Both the position numbers and the translations under genes were made by a program. Positions 9,341-18,348 of a DNA stretch of 20,000 nt are shown one piece after another (position 1 is the first letter of the stretch; the number at the start of each line of letters is the position of its first letter). The stretch lies in IMG/VR virus record IMGVR_UViG_3300032288_004324. One strand, written 5' to 3'. Under the pieces are notes generated by a model, which was given only the letters and a program-made list of their open reading frames with translations, did no database searches and had not been told where the DNA came from. The DNA is from an uncultured virus (IMG/VR IMGVR_UViG_3300032288_004324). Its lineage: Duplodnaviria > Heunggongvirae > Uroviricota > Caudoviricetes.

Positions 9341-10567
9341 ATGTCTAAAAAAGAAAAACAATCGGTTTCAGAAGAACAGGAGAAAAAACAACCAACTATC
9401 TGTTTAACAATGATAGTTAAAAATGAATCTCAGGTAATTAGAAGATGTATAGATTCAGTAAAAGATTATATTAGTTATTGGGTTATTGTAGATACAGGAT
9501 CAACTGATGGTACACAGGATCTGATTAAAGAAATTATGAACGAATACAATATACCAGGGGAATTATACGAGAGACCTTGGGTTGATTTTGGACATAATAG
9601 AACTGAGAGTCTACAATATTCTAAAGATAAAGCAGATTATAGACTTATTATAGATGCTGATGATGTTCTATTTGTAGAAAATCCAGAGATAAATCCCTTT
9701 TTAAATATAGATAAGGACTTTTATAAAATAAAAATAAGATTAGGATCTCTTGCTTACTATAGATCACAAGTAATAAGAGGAAGCCAAGATTGGAAATATG
9801 TAGGGGTTTTACATGAATATCTTTCAGGACCGGAGGGGGTTTCTTTGGAAGAGGATTTTTTAGATGGAGTTGAAATGCACGCTTCTGTTTCAGGACACAA
9901 TAGAGATATAAAAGGAAAAGACAAATATTACAACGATGCACTAATATTTGAAAAAGCTATACTTACTACCCCTAAGGAGGATCTTCCTATCGATTTAGAA
10001 AGGAGATATGTTTTTTATATGGCTCAAAGTTATAGAGATGCAGGAATGCACGAAAGATCTATTGAATCATATCAAAGAAGAGTAGATTTGGGAGGATGGC
10101 ACGAGGAGGTTTATATTTCAAAATATTGGATTGCTAGACAAAAGCAAACGATGGGTAAACCAGAAGAAGAAATAATTGACGCATATTTAAAAGCTTGGGA
10201 ATATAGACCTAACAGATTAGAATCTTTATATCATCTTATTAAATTCTTAGGAAGTAAAAAAAGATATGCTTTAGCTTTTGCTCTTTCCGCAATAGGAATG
10301 AAAACTGGGCCTTGTTCAGATATTCTTTTTGTTGAAGATGAAATATGGAAATGGAGAATGCCAGATGAGTATTCAGTTCTTGCTTACTATAACGGAAATC
10401 CAGAGGAAGCTTTAAAGACAACTAATATACTTATTAGCTCTAGCGTATTCGAAAAGCTTTCTAAAGGAGAGCAGGATCGTATAAAGAAAAATCTAGATTT
10501 CTATCAGAAAGCTATAGATAGAAAAAATGGAATAGAGGAACCTACAGAGGAATTACAGGAATCTTAA
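9341..10567 (+). CDS. family 2 glycosyltransferase with C-terminal TPR-like repeats
   Basis: CLTMIVKNES, VDTGSTDGT, DFGHNR, DADD (DxD) and VGVLHEY, followed by helical repeats (YVFYMAQSYRDAG, YLKAWEYRPNRLESLY). Confidence 0.9.
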   Translation: MSKKEKQSVSEEQEKKQPTICLTMIVKNESQVIRRCIDSVKDYISYWVIVDTGSTDGTQDLIKEIMNEYNIPGELYERPWVDFGHNRTESLQYSKDKADYRLIIDADDVLFVENPEINPFLNIDKDFYKIKIRLGSLAYYRSQVIRGSQDWKYVGVLHEYLSGPEGVSLEEDFLDGVEMHASVSGHNRDIKGKDKYYNDALIFEKAILTTPKEDLPIDLERRYVFYMAQSYRDAGMHERSIESYQRRVDLGGWHEEVYISKYWIARQKQTMGKPEEEIIDAYLKAWEYRPNRLESLYHLIKFLGSKKRYALAFALSAIGMKTGPCSDILFVEDEIWKWRMPDEYSVLAYYNGNPEEALKTTNILISSSVFEKLSKGEQDRIKKNLDFYQKAIDRKNGIEEPTEELQES

Positions 10568-10576
10568 ATACACTCG

Positions 10577-10584
10577 GATATATA
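10577..10584 (+). promoter_or_regulatory. candidate late promoter motif GATATATA, overlapping a 7-bp inverted repeat
   Basis: GGATATATAAC-ATAAAA-GTTATATC, 18 nt before ATG 10603. Confidence 0.5.
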
Positions 10585-10602
10585 ACATAAAAGTTATATC
10601 AA

Positions 10603-11085
10603 ATGAGAATTTTAAGATTTGAAGATTTCCTTAACGAATCCACATATAATGTCGGAATTCCTATTTACAGAGGATCTAGTTTCCAACCAGAAAGAACTAT
10701 AAAGAGAAATAAATTTATAGGAGAACTGAAAGACTTTCTTTCGCAGGTTGCAAACGGTACTTTATCGGAAATAACTGTTATTGCAGAAATACCAACGCAG
10801 GGTAAAAATGCACCTTCTTATTTAAAAGACATATATTCAGAAATGGGATATGATCCATCTAAAGAAACTGAAGATGAATACGATCCTGAAACTGATGTTT
10901 ATATGGGAGACAGAAGTAGAAATCCAGACGAGCCTTCAAGAAATATATTCGTAGACTCTGAATTTTTAGTTAAAGACGTTGATGAAACTAGAGGAGTAAT
11001 TATAGCAGTTCCTTATTCTTTAAAAAGAAAGAATGTTATGGTTGAGCTTACTCCAGATCTTATCGACGAGGCTTTTATTAAATAA
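10603..11085 (+). CDS. hypothetical acidic protein with N-terminal capsid-targeting-like motif
   Basis: 160-aa ORF beginning MRILRFEDFLNES. Confidence 0.8.
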   Translation: MRILRFEDFLNESTYNVGIPIYRGSSFQPERTIKRNKFIGELKDFLSQVANGTLSEITVIAEIPTQGKNAPSYLKDIYSEMGYDPSKETEDEYDPETDVYMGDRSRNPDEPSRNIFVDSEFLVKDVDETRGVIIAVPYSLKRKNVMVELTPDLIDEAFIK

Positions 11086-11086
11086 T

Positions 11087-11446
11087 ATGGATTTTGGGGA
11101 TTTTTATATAGCAAAAATCGGCGACCATACTTTTATATTAGAAGAGTGTAAAGATTTTCCAAAAGGACTTTCAGAAAGAGAGCATCTCCACGAAAACGAG
11201 GGGATGCTTTTTAATTTTAATGATCCGGGATATAGATCTTTTCATATGAAGGGATGTCTAATAAACCTTGATATAATATTTTTAAAAGAAGGAAAAATAG
11301 AAAAAATATACCACAACTGCAATCCTTGTGAATTAAATGAATGTGAGCAATTTGAACACGAGTCTGCTGACACTGTAATAGAATTAAAAGGAGGTACTTG
11401 CAATAAAAATAATATAAGTGAAGGCCTAATCTATAGACTCATATAG
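11087..11446 (+). CDS. DUF192 family protein
   Basis: KGLSERE.L..NEGMLFNF, SFHMKGCLINLDIIF and VIELKGG. ATG 11087 (1 nt after the upstream stop) is preferred over 11033. Confidence 0.85.
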   Translation: MDFGDFYIAKIGDHTFILEECKDFPKGLSEREHLHENEGMLFNFNDPGYRSFHMKGCLINLDIIFLKEGKIEKIYHNCNPCELNECEQFEHESADTVIELKGGTCNKNNISEGLIYRLI

Positions 11447-11475
11447 GAAACTTTTCCTTTCCTTTGCTGTTAAAA
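11447..11475 (+). promoter_or_regulatory. candidate early/middle promoter GAAAC-N19-TAAAA
   Basis: GAAAC 11447-11451, a pyrimidine-rich spacer and TAAAA 11471-11475, upstream of the topo II large subunit. Confidence 0.5.
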
Positions 11476-11553
11476 CATATGATTATAAATACCTATTTTA
11501 TTATAGGGATATTATAAATATTGAATTTCAATTTAAAACCGAAGATATAGAGA

Positions 11554-13338
11554 ATGTCATCTAAGAAAGAGATAAAGGTTCTATCCGAGAGGGAACATAT
11601 TTTATTAAGACCAACTGTTTATGTGGGGAGTGTAAAACCAACAGACGAAAAGACACCTATAATAAGAAATAATAAGATTTTTATTGAATCTAAGAAGCTT
11701 TCTGTCGGAATGTATAAATTATTTGACGAAGTTTTTTCAAATGCTTTAGACGAAGCTAAACGGATGAATGGTAAAATGAAAAGCATTCGTATAGAAGTAA
11801 ACACCAAAGATAATAGTGTTTCTGTTACTGATACTGGAAATGGATTTTATAAAGGAACTGATATCAATAAAGTTAGCGGAAAAACAAATATAGAAACAGC
11901 GGTTTCGCAGCTTAGAGCAGGATCTAATTTTGAGAATGAAGATGTGGAGGAATCTTTAGTTGGTACTAATGGTATGGGTGTTAGTTTAGTAAATGTTTTA
12001 TCCAAGTATTTTTCAATAGAAACTATAAACGAAAAAAACTATTATTTTCAGGAGTGGAAAAACTATGAGGGAGAACTTCCAAAAATCGAGAAGATTAATA
12101 ACAGAAAAACTGGGACTACTGTTAAATTTAAACCAATTTCAGAAGTATTTGGATACGATAAATGGGATAAAGAAGTTCTCTCATCCATACTTATACTAAA
12201 ATATGATCTTATTAAAAGAGACTCTATTCTTTGTAATCTTGGACTAGATCTTATATGGGATGGAGAAAATATAGAACTTAATGTTGAATTCTTACCTAAA
12301 GAGTGTTTTAAAATAAATACCGAAATAGGACAGATAACTATATGGGAAAAGTACGAAGGATCTGGACCTATAAGTTTTGTAAACTCTGCCATATGTACTG
12401 GTATACATCAGAAAATAATAAATGATTTTATTAACAATAAACTTGATGATACCTTAGGTCATCATTTTTATGATTCTATGATAGTTCTAAACTTGGCACC
12501 GAAGTATGTAAAATTCGGTGACCAAAACAAAACTAGGTTTGTTACTACAAGGGAGGAGATAGAAAATTTATTAACTAATAAATTTGGATCCAAGCTGCAG
12601 GGATTTTTTAAAACTGATCTTTTTAATAAAATACAAAAGAAGGTAGATGAAAGGAAAAATGAAGGTTATGTAAAAAAGCTAAGAGCAGAAAAAAGAAAGG
12701 TTAATCTTAAGCATTCACATAAATATTTTCCTGCACAAAAAGCAGTGGCGGAGAATCTTTTTATAGTAGAGGGATTATCTGCTATGGGATCTATATTACA
12801 GAAAAGAAATCCTAAAGAGGATGGGGTATATGCTCTAAAAGGAAAAATAAAAAATTGTAGAAATATAGGAGACTTATCTGATAATAAAGAGATACTTGAA
12901 TTGATGCAAATATTGGGACTTGATCCATCTTCTAGAAATAATGAGATAGTTGGTTATAAGAAGATAATAATTGCAACTGATCCGGATCCTGACGGATCCC
13001 ATATAACTTCTCTTCTTATAAATTTATTTTACCGATGGTTTCCTACTGTTATTAAAACAAAAAGATTAGGATTTTTAAAAATCCCATTAGTTTCAGTTGG
13101 CGATTTAAAGAAGAGAAAATACTACTGGGACTTGGACGATTTTAAGAAAGCTAAACCATCAGGGAACATAAGATACTTGAAGGGACTAGGATCTCTTTCT
13201 TTAGAGGACTGGGAATGGGTTATGGGTAGTAAGCAATTGATATCTATCGAAGAGAGTGAAGATAGTAAAGAAAAACTTGATATGGCATTTGGAGATTCTT
13301 CTGATTTAAGAAAAAAATGGCTATCAAACAATATGTAG
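11554..13338 (+). CDS. type IIA DNA topoisomerase, ATPase/TOPRIM subunit (T4 gp39+gp60 fused, GyrB/ParE-like)
   Basis: EHILLRPTVYVGS, DEVFSNALDE, DTGNG, GSNF, GTNGMGVSLVN, TOPRIM VEGLSA, LKGKI, DPDPDGSHI and YLKGLGS. Confidence 0.95.
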   Translation: MSSKKEIKVLSEREHILLRPTVYVGSVKPTDEKTPIIRNNKIFIESKKLSVGMYKLFDEVFSNALDEAKRMNGKMKSIRIEVNTKDNSVSVTDTGNGFYKGTDINKVSGKTNIETAVSQLRAGSNFENEDVEESLVGTNGMGVSLVNVLSKYFSIETINEKNYYFQEWKNYEGELPKIEKINNRKTGTTVKFKPISEVFGYDKWDKEVLSSILILKYDLIKRDSILCNLGLDLIWDGENIELNVEFLPKECFKINTEIGQITIWEKYEGSGPISFVNSAICTGIHQKIINDFINNKLDDTLGHHFYDSMIVLNLAPKYVKFGDQNKTRFVTTREEIENLLTNKFGSKLQGFFKTDLFNKIQKKVDERKNEGYVKKLRAEKRKVNLKHSHKYFPAQKAVAENLFIVEGLSAMGSILQKRNPKEDGVYALKGKIKNCRNIGDLSDNKEILELMQILGLDPSSRNNEIVGYKKIIIATDPDPDGSHITSLLINLFYRWFPTVIKTKRLGFLKIPLVSVGDLKKRKYYWDLDDFKKAKPSGNIRYLKGLGSLSLEDWEWVMGSKQLISIEESEDSKEKLDMAFGDSSDLRKKWLSNNM

Positions 13339-13358
13339 AGATATCTAAATATTAAATG

Positions 13359-13366
13359 GATATATA
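13359..13366 (+). promoter_or_regulatory. candidate late promoter motif GATATATA
   Basis: Intergenic, 5 nt before ATG 13372. Confidence 0.5.
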
Positions 13367-13371
13367 ATAGG

Positions 13372-14118
13372 ATGATTCTAAGGTTAAAAGATTTTATTAT
13401 AGAGCAGGAAATTACAGGAGAGAAATCACCTACCCCCTCTACTTCTATGAGTTCTAAGAAGAACTTATCTATAAATTGGGTAAAGCCAGATCTGGCTGAG
13501 GAGATAGAGCATTATGACGATAAAGCTAAATTAGAATTTTATCAGCATAATATAACTATAGGAAATAAGGACATCGGTAAAACCTCTCCTAGATCAACTA
13601 AATTTTACAAGTATATTTCGGAACCTTTTAAAAAGGGTCACTTTGAAAATGTTCCTGTAGTATCTGAAGGAAGCTTTGATGTGAATAGTATACAGAACTT
13701 CATGGTTTATGAATTTGATAATATAGTTAACGGAGCTTACGGAAGATCTTATGGAGATGTACTTATTAAAACAGCAGAAGAATTAAAAAAGAGAGGAAGT
13801 ATAGATTTACCAGCACCTGTAATAATAAAATTTATAAATTTTGGAGAAACCCGAACATCTGAGGAAGCTAGTTATTATTTATTTTCAGGAAACAGAACAG
13901 CAAATTTAGCACTTCAATATAATATACCTATAAAAGCTTGGGTTGTTGATTTAATTCCCTCAAGAAGGGACGTTAGACAATTTGCTGAACAATCCGGTTT
14001 AACATCTGATCCTATCAAATTCAAAAAACTTCTAAGGAGAGAAACTGGTAAGGAAAGTATAGATGATCTAAATGCTAGGGAAAGATTTAAAATCATCCAG
14101 TCTCTTAAGAATTTTTAA
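13372..14118 (+). CDS. hypothetical protein, possible ParB/Srx-like domain, N-terminal capsid-targeting-like motif
   Basis: Starts MILRLKDFIIEQE. LPAPVII...YYLFSGNRTANLA...IPIKAWVV resembles the ParB/Srx core, but the usual GxxR register is altered. Confidence 0.65.
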   Translation: MILRLKDFIIEQEITGEKSPTPSTSMSSKKNLSINWVKPDLAEEIEHYDDKAKLEFYQHNITIGNKDIGKTSPRSTKFYKYISEPFKKGHFENVPVVSEGSFDVNSIQNFMVYEFDNIVNGAYGRSYGDVLIKTAEELKKRGSIDLPAPVIIKFINFGETRTSEEASYYLFSGNRTANLALQYNIPIKAWVVDLIPSRRDVRQFAEQSGLTSDPIKFKKLLRRETGKESIDDLNARERFKIIQSLKNF

Positions 14119-14132
14119 TCTACCTTTACAGT

Positions 14133-15050
14133 ATGCAATATAATACTAGAATGGGGTACTGTTGTCTTTGTCTTTCTTTAGAGAAAGATAAAGTTACTAC
14201 AAATAGAGGAATGATTAAAAAAACATTCTTGGAAAAGGGAATCGGATATGTTTCAGAATTGTGTGTGAAAAACACGGAGGATCTTATAAAAATAATAAGA
14301 TTCAACGGAGAGAAAGGGATAAGAATGTATCGTATGAGTTCTGATATGTTTCCTTGGATGTCCGAATATGAAATATCAGATCTTCCAGATTTTGAAAAAA
14401 TAAAAAATAATCTTAGAGAAGCTGGTGATCTTTCTAAAGAACTTGACCAGAGATTAAGTTTTCATCCGTCTCCATATTGTGTTATTGCCTCAGAGAATCC
14501 TTTAGTTGTTAAAAAATCTATAAAAGAACTTAGACAGCATTCAGAGATAATGGATCTCATGGGACTTGAAAGAAACCATAAATACCCTATAAATATACAT
14601 ATAAATACTACTAAGCCTAGCAAAGAGGAAGCAGCTTTTAGATTTATTAATACGTATAAAGATCTCCCTGAGGGAGTCAAAAAAAGATTAGTTGTTGAGA
14701 ATGACGATAAAAAAAGCCAATTCAATCCTTCAGATTTATATACTATGATATATAAAGAGTCCGGAATACCTATAACTTATGACTTTTTGCATCATAAGTG
14801 TAATCCTGATGAATTATCTGAAAATGAAGCTCTGGATCTTTGTATTTCTACTTGGCCTGATGATATAACAGCTCTAACTCACTTTTCAGATTCAAGAAAG
14901 ATCTTTGAAGATTCTAGTGCTAAAGAAGTAGCACACTCCGATTGGATTTGGAGTAAAATAGAAACTTATGATAAGATTTTTGATATAGAATTAGAGGTGA
15001 AGATGAAAGATCTAGCCTTACTGAAATACTTAGAGGAATGGAAGAAATAG
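14133..15050 (+). CDS. uvsE: UV DNA damage endonuclease (UvsE/UVDE)
   Basis: RMGYCC, IRMYRMSSDMFPW, RLSFHPSPY, INIH, RLVVENDDK, PITYDFLHH, HFSDS, AHSD and IELEVKMKD. Confidence 0.95.
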   Translation: MQYNTRMGYCCLCLSLEKDKVTTNRGMIKKTFLEKGIGYVSELCVKNTEDLIKIIRFNGEKGIRMYRMSSDMFPWMSEYEISDLPDFEKIKNNLREAGDLSKELDQRLSFHPSPYCVIASENPLVVKKSIKELRQHSEIMDLMGLERNHKYPINIHINTTKPSKEEAAFRFINTYKDLPEGVKKRLVVENDDKKSQFNPSDLYTMIYKESGIPITYDFLHHKCNPDELSENEALDLCISTWPDDITALTHFSDSRKIFEDSSAKEVAHSDWIWSKIETYDKIFDIELEVKMKDLALLKYLEEWKK

Positions 15051-15244
15051 ACTTAACTAATTCCAGATGGAGTCCAGAAGATGAAATATATCTTCTGAGT
15101 GTGGTGGAGGGAATAAGGGAGAATTATCCTGAAGCAGATTTAGACGAGGAGTTAAAAATCTCTGGATATTCTATGGAGGATCTAAAGGATCCTAATAAGA
15201 TTGTTTTATTTATGAAGATCCTGAATGAAAAATATCCGGATTAA
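15038..15244 (+). CDS. small acidic hypothetical protein
   Basis: 68-aa ORF overlapping the uvsE stop by 13 nt and coupled to the next ORF by TAATG. Confidence 0.7.
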   Translation: MEEIDLTNSRWSPEDEIYLLSVVEGIRENYPEADLDEELKISGYSMEDLKDPNKIVLFMKILNEKYPD

Positions 15245-15384
15245 TGAGAATATTAAAAAACGCTATCTTTTTTCCCTTATATTTAACATTTGGGTTTTCT
15301 ATCTATGCTTTCCTGTTTTTCTATGAATTTCCTTTTTTAATTTTTAATATTTTTTCAATAACTAAAAAGGATAAGCTTGGTTAA
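15244..15384 (+). CDS. 46-aa Phe-rich membrane microprotein (not in ORF track)
   Basis: MRILKNAIFFPLYLTFGFSIYAFLFFYEFPFLIFNIFSITKKDKLG*. The ATG overlaps the upstream TAA (TAATG) and the stop overlaps the dnaJ start by 8 nt. Confidence 0.65.
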   Translation: MRILKNAIFFPLYLTFGFSIYAFLFFYEFPFLIFNIFSITKKDKLG

Positions 15385-16447
15385 CTATTACGAAATTTTA
15401 GGTATACAAGAAAATGCCGACCAGGAAACTATAAAGAGAGCTTATAGGATAATGGCTAAAAAATATCATCCAGATAAAAATAAAGACCCTGGAGCGGAAG
15501 ATCAGTTTAAAAAAATAACAGAAGCTTACGAAAATATAGGAGATCCAGATAAAAGAAAAGCTTATGACAACAAAAGAAATCTAAAAAATCATTTCTTTGA
15601 TGGATTTAGCAATTTTGGGTGGAACGATAATAGTATTTTTGAGAATTTTGGAAACCGTAGCTCTAGGGATCCTTTTTCCAGCCATTATAATCCAGATTTT
15701 CCACAGGACCCTAAAGGAAGTCATTTAAATATAACACTTAAAGTTACTTTTGAAGATGTTATGAGTGGGGTTATTAAAAAAATAAAGCTAAAAAGAGATA
15801 AAAAATGTAATCCTTGCAAAGCAACAGGAGCTGAGGGAGGAACATCATTTCAAACTTGTGGAACATGTAACGGATCTGGTCAAATACAAGTAAGTAGAAT
15901 AAATGGTTTTGTTCAAGTAAACAGTATCGCTTCTTGTAATATTTGTGGAGGGAGTGGAAAATTAGTATTGGAAGCATGTCTTTATTGTCTAGGGAAGGGA
16001 TTAGTTAACGATGATGATATTATAGATATAAATATACCTGCTGGATCTTCAGATGGTATGCAATTTGTTGTATCGAGCAAAGGGAATGACGGTAAGGGTA
16101 ATGGAATTCCTGGGGATTTATATGTCAAAATAAAAGAAATACCTAGCGATAAATTTGTTAGAAGGGGAACGGATCTTATAGAAGCTAGAGAAATATCTTT
16201 TATAGATGCTGTACTAGGAAAAAATATAGACGTTGAAATGCCGGATGGGGAAAGGCTAAAAGCTATTATATCCCCTGGGACAATACCGGGGACAATACTT
16301 AAGTTTTCACAGAGAGGAATACCCAATTTAGGTTATGGTGGGAGAGGAGACTTCCTTATAGAAATAAATATAAGAATTCCTTCATATCTTTCTGAAGAGG
16401 AGAAGAAATTTATGGAAGAATTAAGAGAATATGATATTTTTAAATAA
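15377..16447 (+). CDS. dnaJ: class A DnaJ/Hsp40 chaperone (TTG start)
   Basis: J-domain NYYEILG...YHPDKN, G/F-like linker, four Cys motifs (CNPCKATG, CGTCNGSG, CNICGGSG, CLYCLGKG) and C-terminal PGDLYV, RRGTDL, GRGDFLI. Confidence 0.95.
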   Translation: MVNYYEILGIQENADQETIKRAYRIMAKKYHPDKNKDPGAEDQFKKITEAYENIGDPDKRKAYDNKRNLKNHFFDGFSNFGWNDNSIFENFGNRSSRDPFSSHYNPDFPQDPKGSHLNITLKVTFEDVMSGVIKKIKLKRDKKCNPCKATGAEGGTSFQTCGTCNGSGQIQVSRINGFVQVNSIASCNICGGSGKLVLEACLYCLGKGLVNDDDIIDINIPAGSSDGMQFVVSSKGNDGKGNGIPGDLYVKIKEIPSDKFVRRGTDLIEAREISFIDAVLGKNIDVEMPDGERLKAIISPGTIPGTILKFSQRGIPNLGYGGRGDFLIEINIRIPSYLSEEEKKFMEELREYDIFK

Positions 16448-16455
16448 AATAAACA

Positions 16456-16779
16456 ATGGAATCTTTTATATTTTTTATATTATCATCCTGGGGATTAACA
16501 CACATATTGGTTTCTTCTAAAATAATGGAGCCATTTAGGAATTGGTTACTTATAAACTCTCCTTTTTTTGGTGATATGCTAAATTGCTACCAATGTACTT
16601 CTTTCTGGACTTCCATGATGTTATATTTCTTTTTTAATGATTTACCTATAAACTCTATATCTACAACAATTTATGGTCATAGAATAGGAGCAGATTTTCT
16701 ATTATGGTCTTTCGTTGGATCTGGAATCATATCATTTATAGCATTAATAATGTCTATACTAATTAAAAAGACTAAATAG
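16456..16779 (+). CDS. DUF1360-like small membrane protein
   Basis: Three hydrophobic stretches with LTHILV.SKIMEPFR and GDMLNCYQCTSFW (CxxCxSxW). Confidence 0.7.
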   Translation: MESFIFFILSSWGLTHILVSSKIMEPFRNWLLINSPFFGDMLNCYQCTSFWTSMMLYFFFNDLPINSISTTIYGHRIGADFLLWSFVGSGIISFIALIMSILIKKTK

Positions 16780-16785
16780 TTTTTT

Positions 16786-16793
16786 GATATATA
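16786..16793 (+). promoter_or_regulatory. candidate late promoter motif GATATATA
   Basis: 5 nt before ATG 16799, which supports that ATG over TTG 16784. Confidence 0.5.
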
Positions 16794-16798
16794 GATAT

Positions 16799-18295
16799 AT
16801 GGAAAAAAAGATTAAAATTCTATCTTTCGATCAGTTCATGAACGAACAAGATGGAACAGCAGGTGCAACAGGATCTGCTACTGCTACAGATACTAATAAG
16901 GTAGAAAGGCCAGAAACTGAAAGAGAAGCAAAGTCTAGAATAGCATTTGGCATAATAAAAAGTATTTTCGGAGACGTTGAAGGATTAACTGGTGGGGTTG
17001 ATAGTATGATTGAGCAAACTAAAGAGGTCAAAGAATCATTACCTTACAGAGGATGCGGAACAAATGAACCTTATAAATTAGAAAAGGTTCCTTTATCTGT
17101 TCTTACTATAAAAATACTATTAAATTACCTACAAAAGGAAGGTAAAGGAGATTATACAAAATCTATAAAAGAACTCAATGAAAAAAGGGCGGTTATTTTA
17201 GGGGTTAGGAGTAAAATTGCGGTAAAAAAAGAATCTGCAAATCAGGATAGATTTTGTGATTCTTTATATTACATTCCAGGAAATTCTAAAGATGGATCGG
17301 AATCTGAATCTTCCACAGGATCAACCGGATCTAATTCTAATTCAAAGAAAAATGAATCATATCTATTTGATATAATAGATCAAAAAATAAATGAGCTAGA
17401 GTATATTTCCGAATCGGGAATATGGAATTTTGAAGAATTTGAAAGCCTTAAAATGCGAAGAGATAATCTATTAGAAAGTAAAGGATTATTAGAAAGCGGT
17501 AAGATATCTGAGAAAGAATTTATAGAATTAAATGAGGATGCCTTAGGTGTTAGTCCGATACTACGTGGATTAGGAGGCGACGCAACTGGAAAAAAAACGG
17601 GGTCAACTGGAGCAACTGGATCAGCTGTAGCAACTGGAGCAACTGGAGCAACTAGCGGGGCTGGATCAAAAAATTTGGGGGATATAATAAATCCTTATCA
17701 GATAACAACAGTAGCTAGCTTGGCTTATTATGGTAAAAAACCTATGAATCCTAAGGGTGTTGGAATAAAGCTACCAGGTGATACTGCTTATATACTTCAA
17801 GAGGCAACTTTAGGTGGTAAGCAAAAGTATAAAATGATGGTAGAAGCACAAAAAATTAAAGTGGGGAGATATCCTATCGGTGTTACAAAATATGAGACTT
17901 ATAAGCCAGCAGAGGAGTACGAGGAAAGCTGTGGAATGCACATACACAGATCTTCAACTAATGGAGTAGGTATATGTATAGGTCCATGGTCTGCAGGATG
18001 TCAAGTTTTCTCTGACGCTAATGAATTTAATGATTTTATATCTAAGGCAAATAAGGAATCAATGAATGCTGGAAAATTCATTTATGCTCTTATACAGCTA
18101 GATGATATCCCTAAAGAAGTATTAGAAGCTGCTTTAACTGGTGTTGAATATACTGGTCCTAAAGAGGTTGTTCAAGCAACAGGATCAACAGGATCAACAG
18201 GATCAACAGTAAGTACAGATAAAAAATCTACGAAGCAGGAATATGCTGGGAATTTAAAGAATTTTGGTAGACTGAAAGACCAGAAGGGGGATTGA
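16799..18295 (+). CDS. putative virion protein with YkuD/L,D-transpeptidase-like His/Cys catalytic motif, low-complexity GST/GAT linkers and N-terminal capsid-targeting-like motif
   Basis: Starts MEKKIKILSFDQFMNEQ. Contains ILGVRS...QDRFCD, then GMHIHRSS...GPWSAGCQVF (H...S-x-G-C). Confidence 0.65.
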   Translation: MEKKIKILSFDQFMNEQDGTAGATGSATATDTNKVERPETEREAKSRIAFGIIKSIFGDVEGLTGGVDSMIEQTKEVKESLPYRGCGTNEPYKLEKVPLSVLTIKILLNYLQKEGKGDYTKSIKELNEKRAVILGVRSKIAVKKESANQDRFCDSLYYIPGNSKDGSESESSTGSTGSNSNSKKNESYLFDIIDQKINELEYISESGIWNFEEFESLKMRRDNLLESKGLLESGKISEKEFIELNEDALGVSPILRGLGGDATGKKTGSTGATGSAVATGATGATSGAGSKNLGDIINPYQITTVASLAYYGKKPMNPKGVGIKLPGDTAYILQEATLGGKQKYKMMVEAQKIKVGRYPIGVTKYETYKPAEEYEESCGMHIHRSSTNGVGICIGPWSAGCQVFSDANEFNDFISKANKESMNAGKFIYALIQLDDIPKEVLEAALTGVEYTGPKEVVQATGSTGSTGSTVSTDKKSTKQEYAGNLKNFGRLKDQKGD

Positions 18296-18298
18296 TTA

Positions 18299-18326
18299 GA
18301 AACTTTCTTTATTTTTTTACGTAAAA
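18299..18326 (+). promoter_or_regulatory. candidate early/middle promoter GAAAC-N18-TAAAA (also GAAAC-N16-CGTA)
   Basis: GAAAC 18299-18303, T-rich spacer, CGTAAAA 18320-18326; 22 nt before GTG 18349. Confidence 0.55.
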
Positions 18327-18348
18327 TGTTTATATCATTAAACATTCA

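Noticed and set aside
9341..10567. Glycosyltransferase as a T4-like DNA glucosyltransferase
   Set aside because: T4 alpha/beta-glucosyltransferases are GT-B fold; this is a GT-A (DxD) GT2 with TPRs, more consistent with protein substrates, although a DNA role is not formally excluded.
11479..11517. 12-codon ORF MIINTYFIIGIL upstream of topo II
   Set aside because: Too short and without supporting features; cannot be distinguished from chance.
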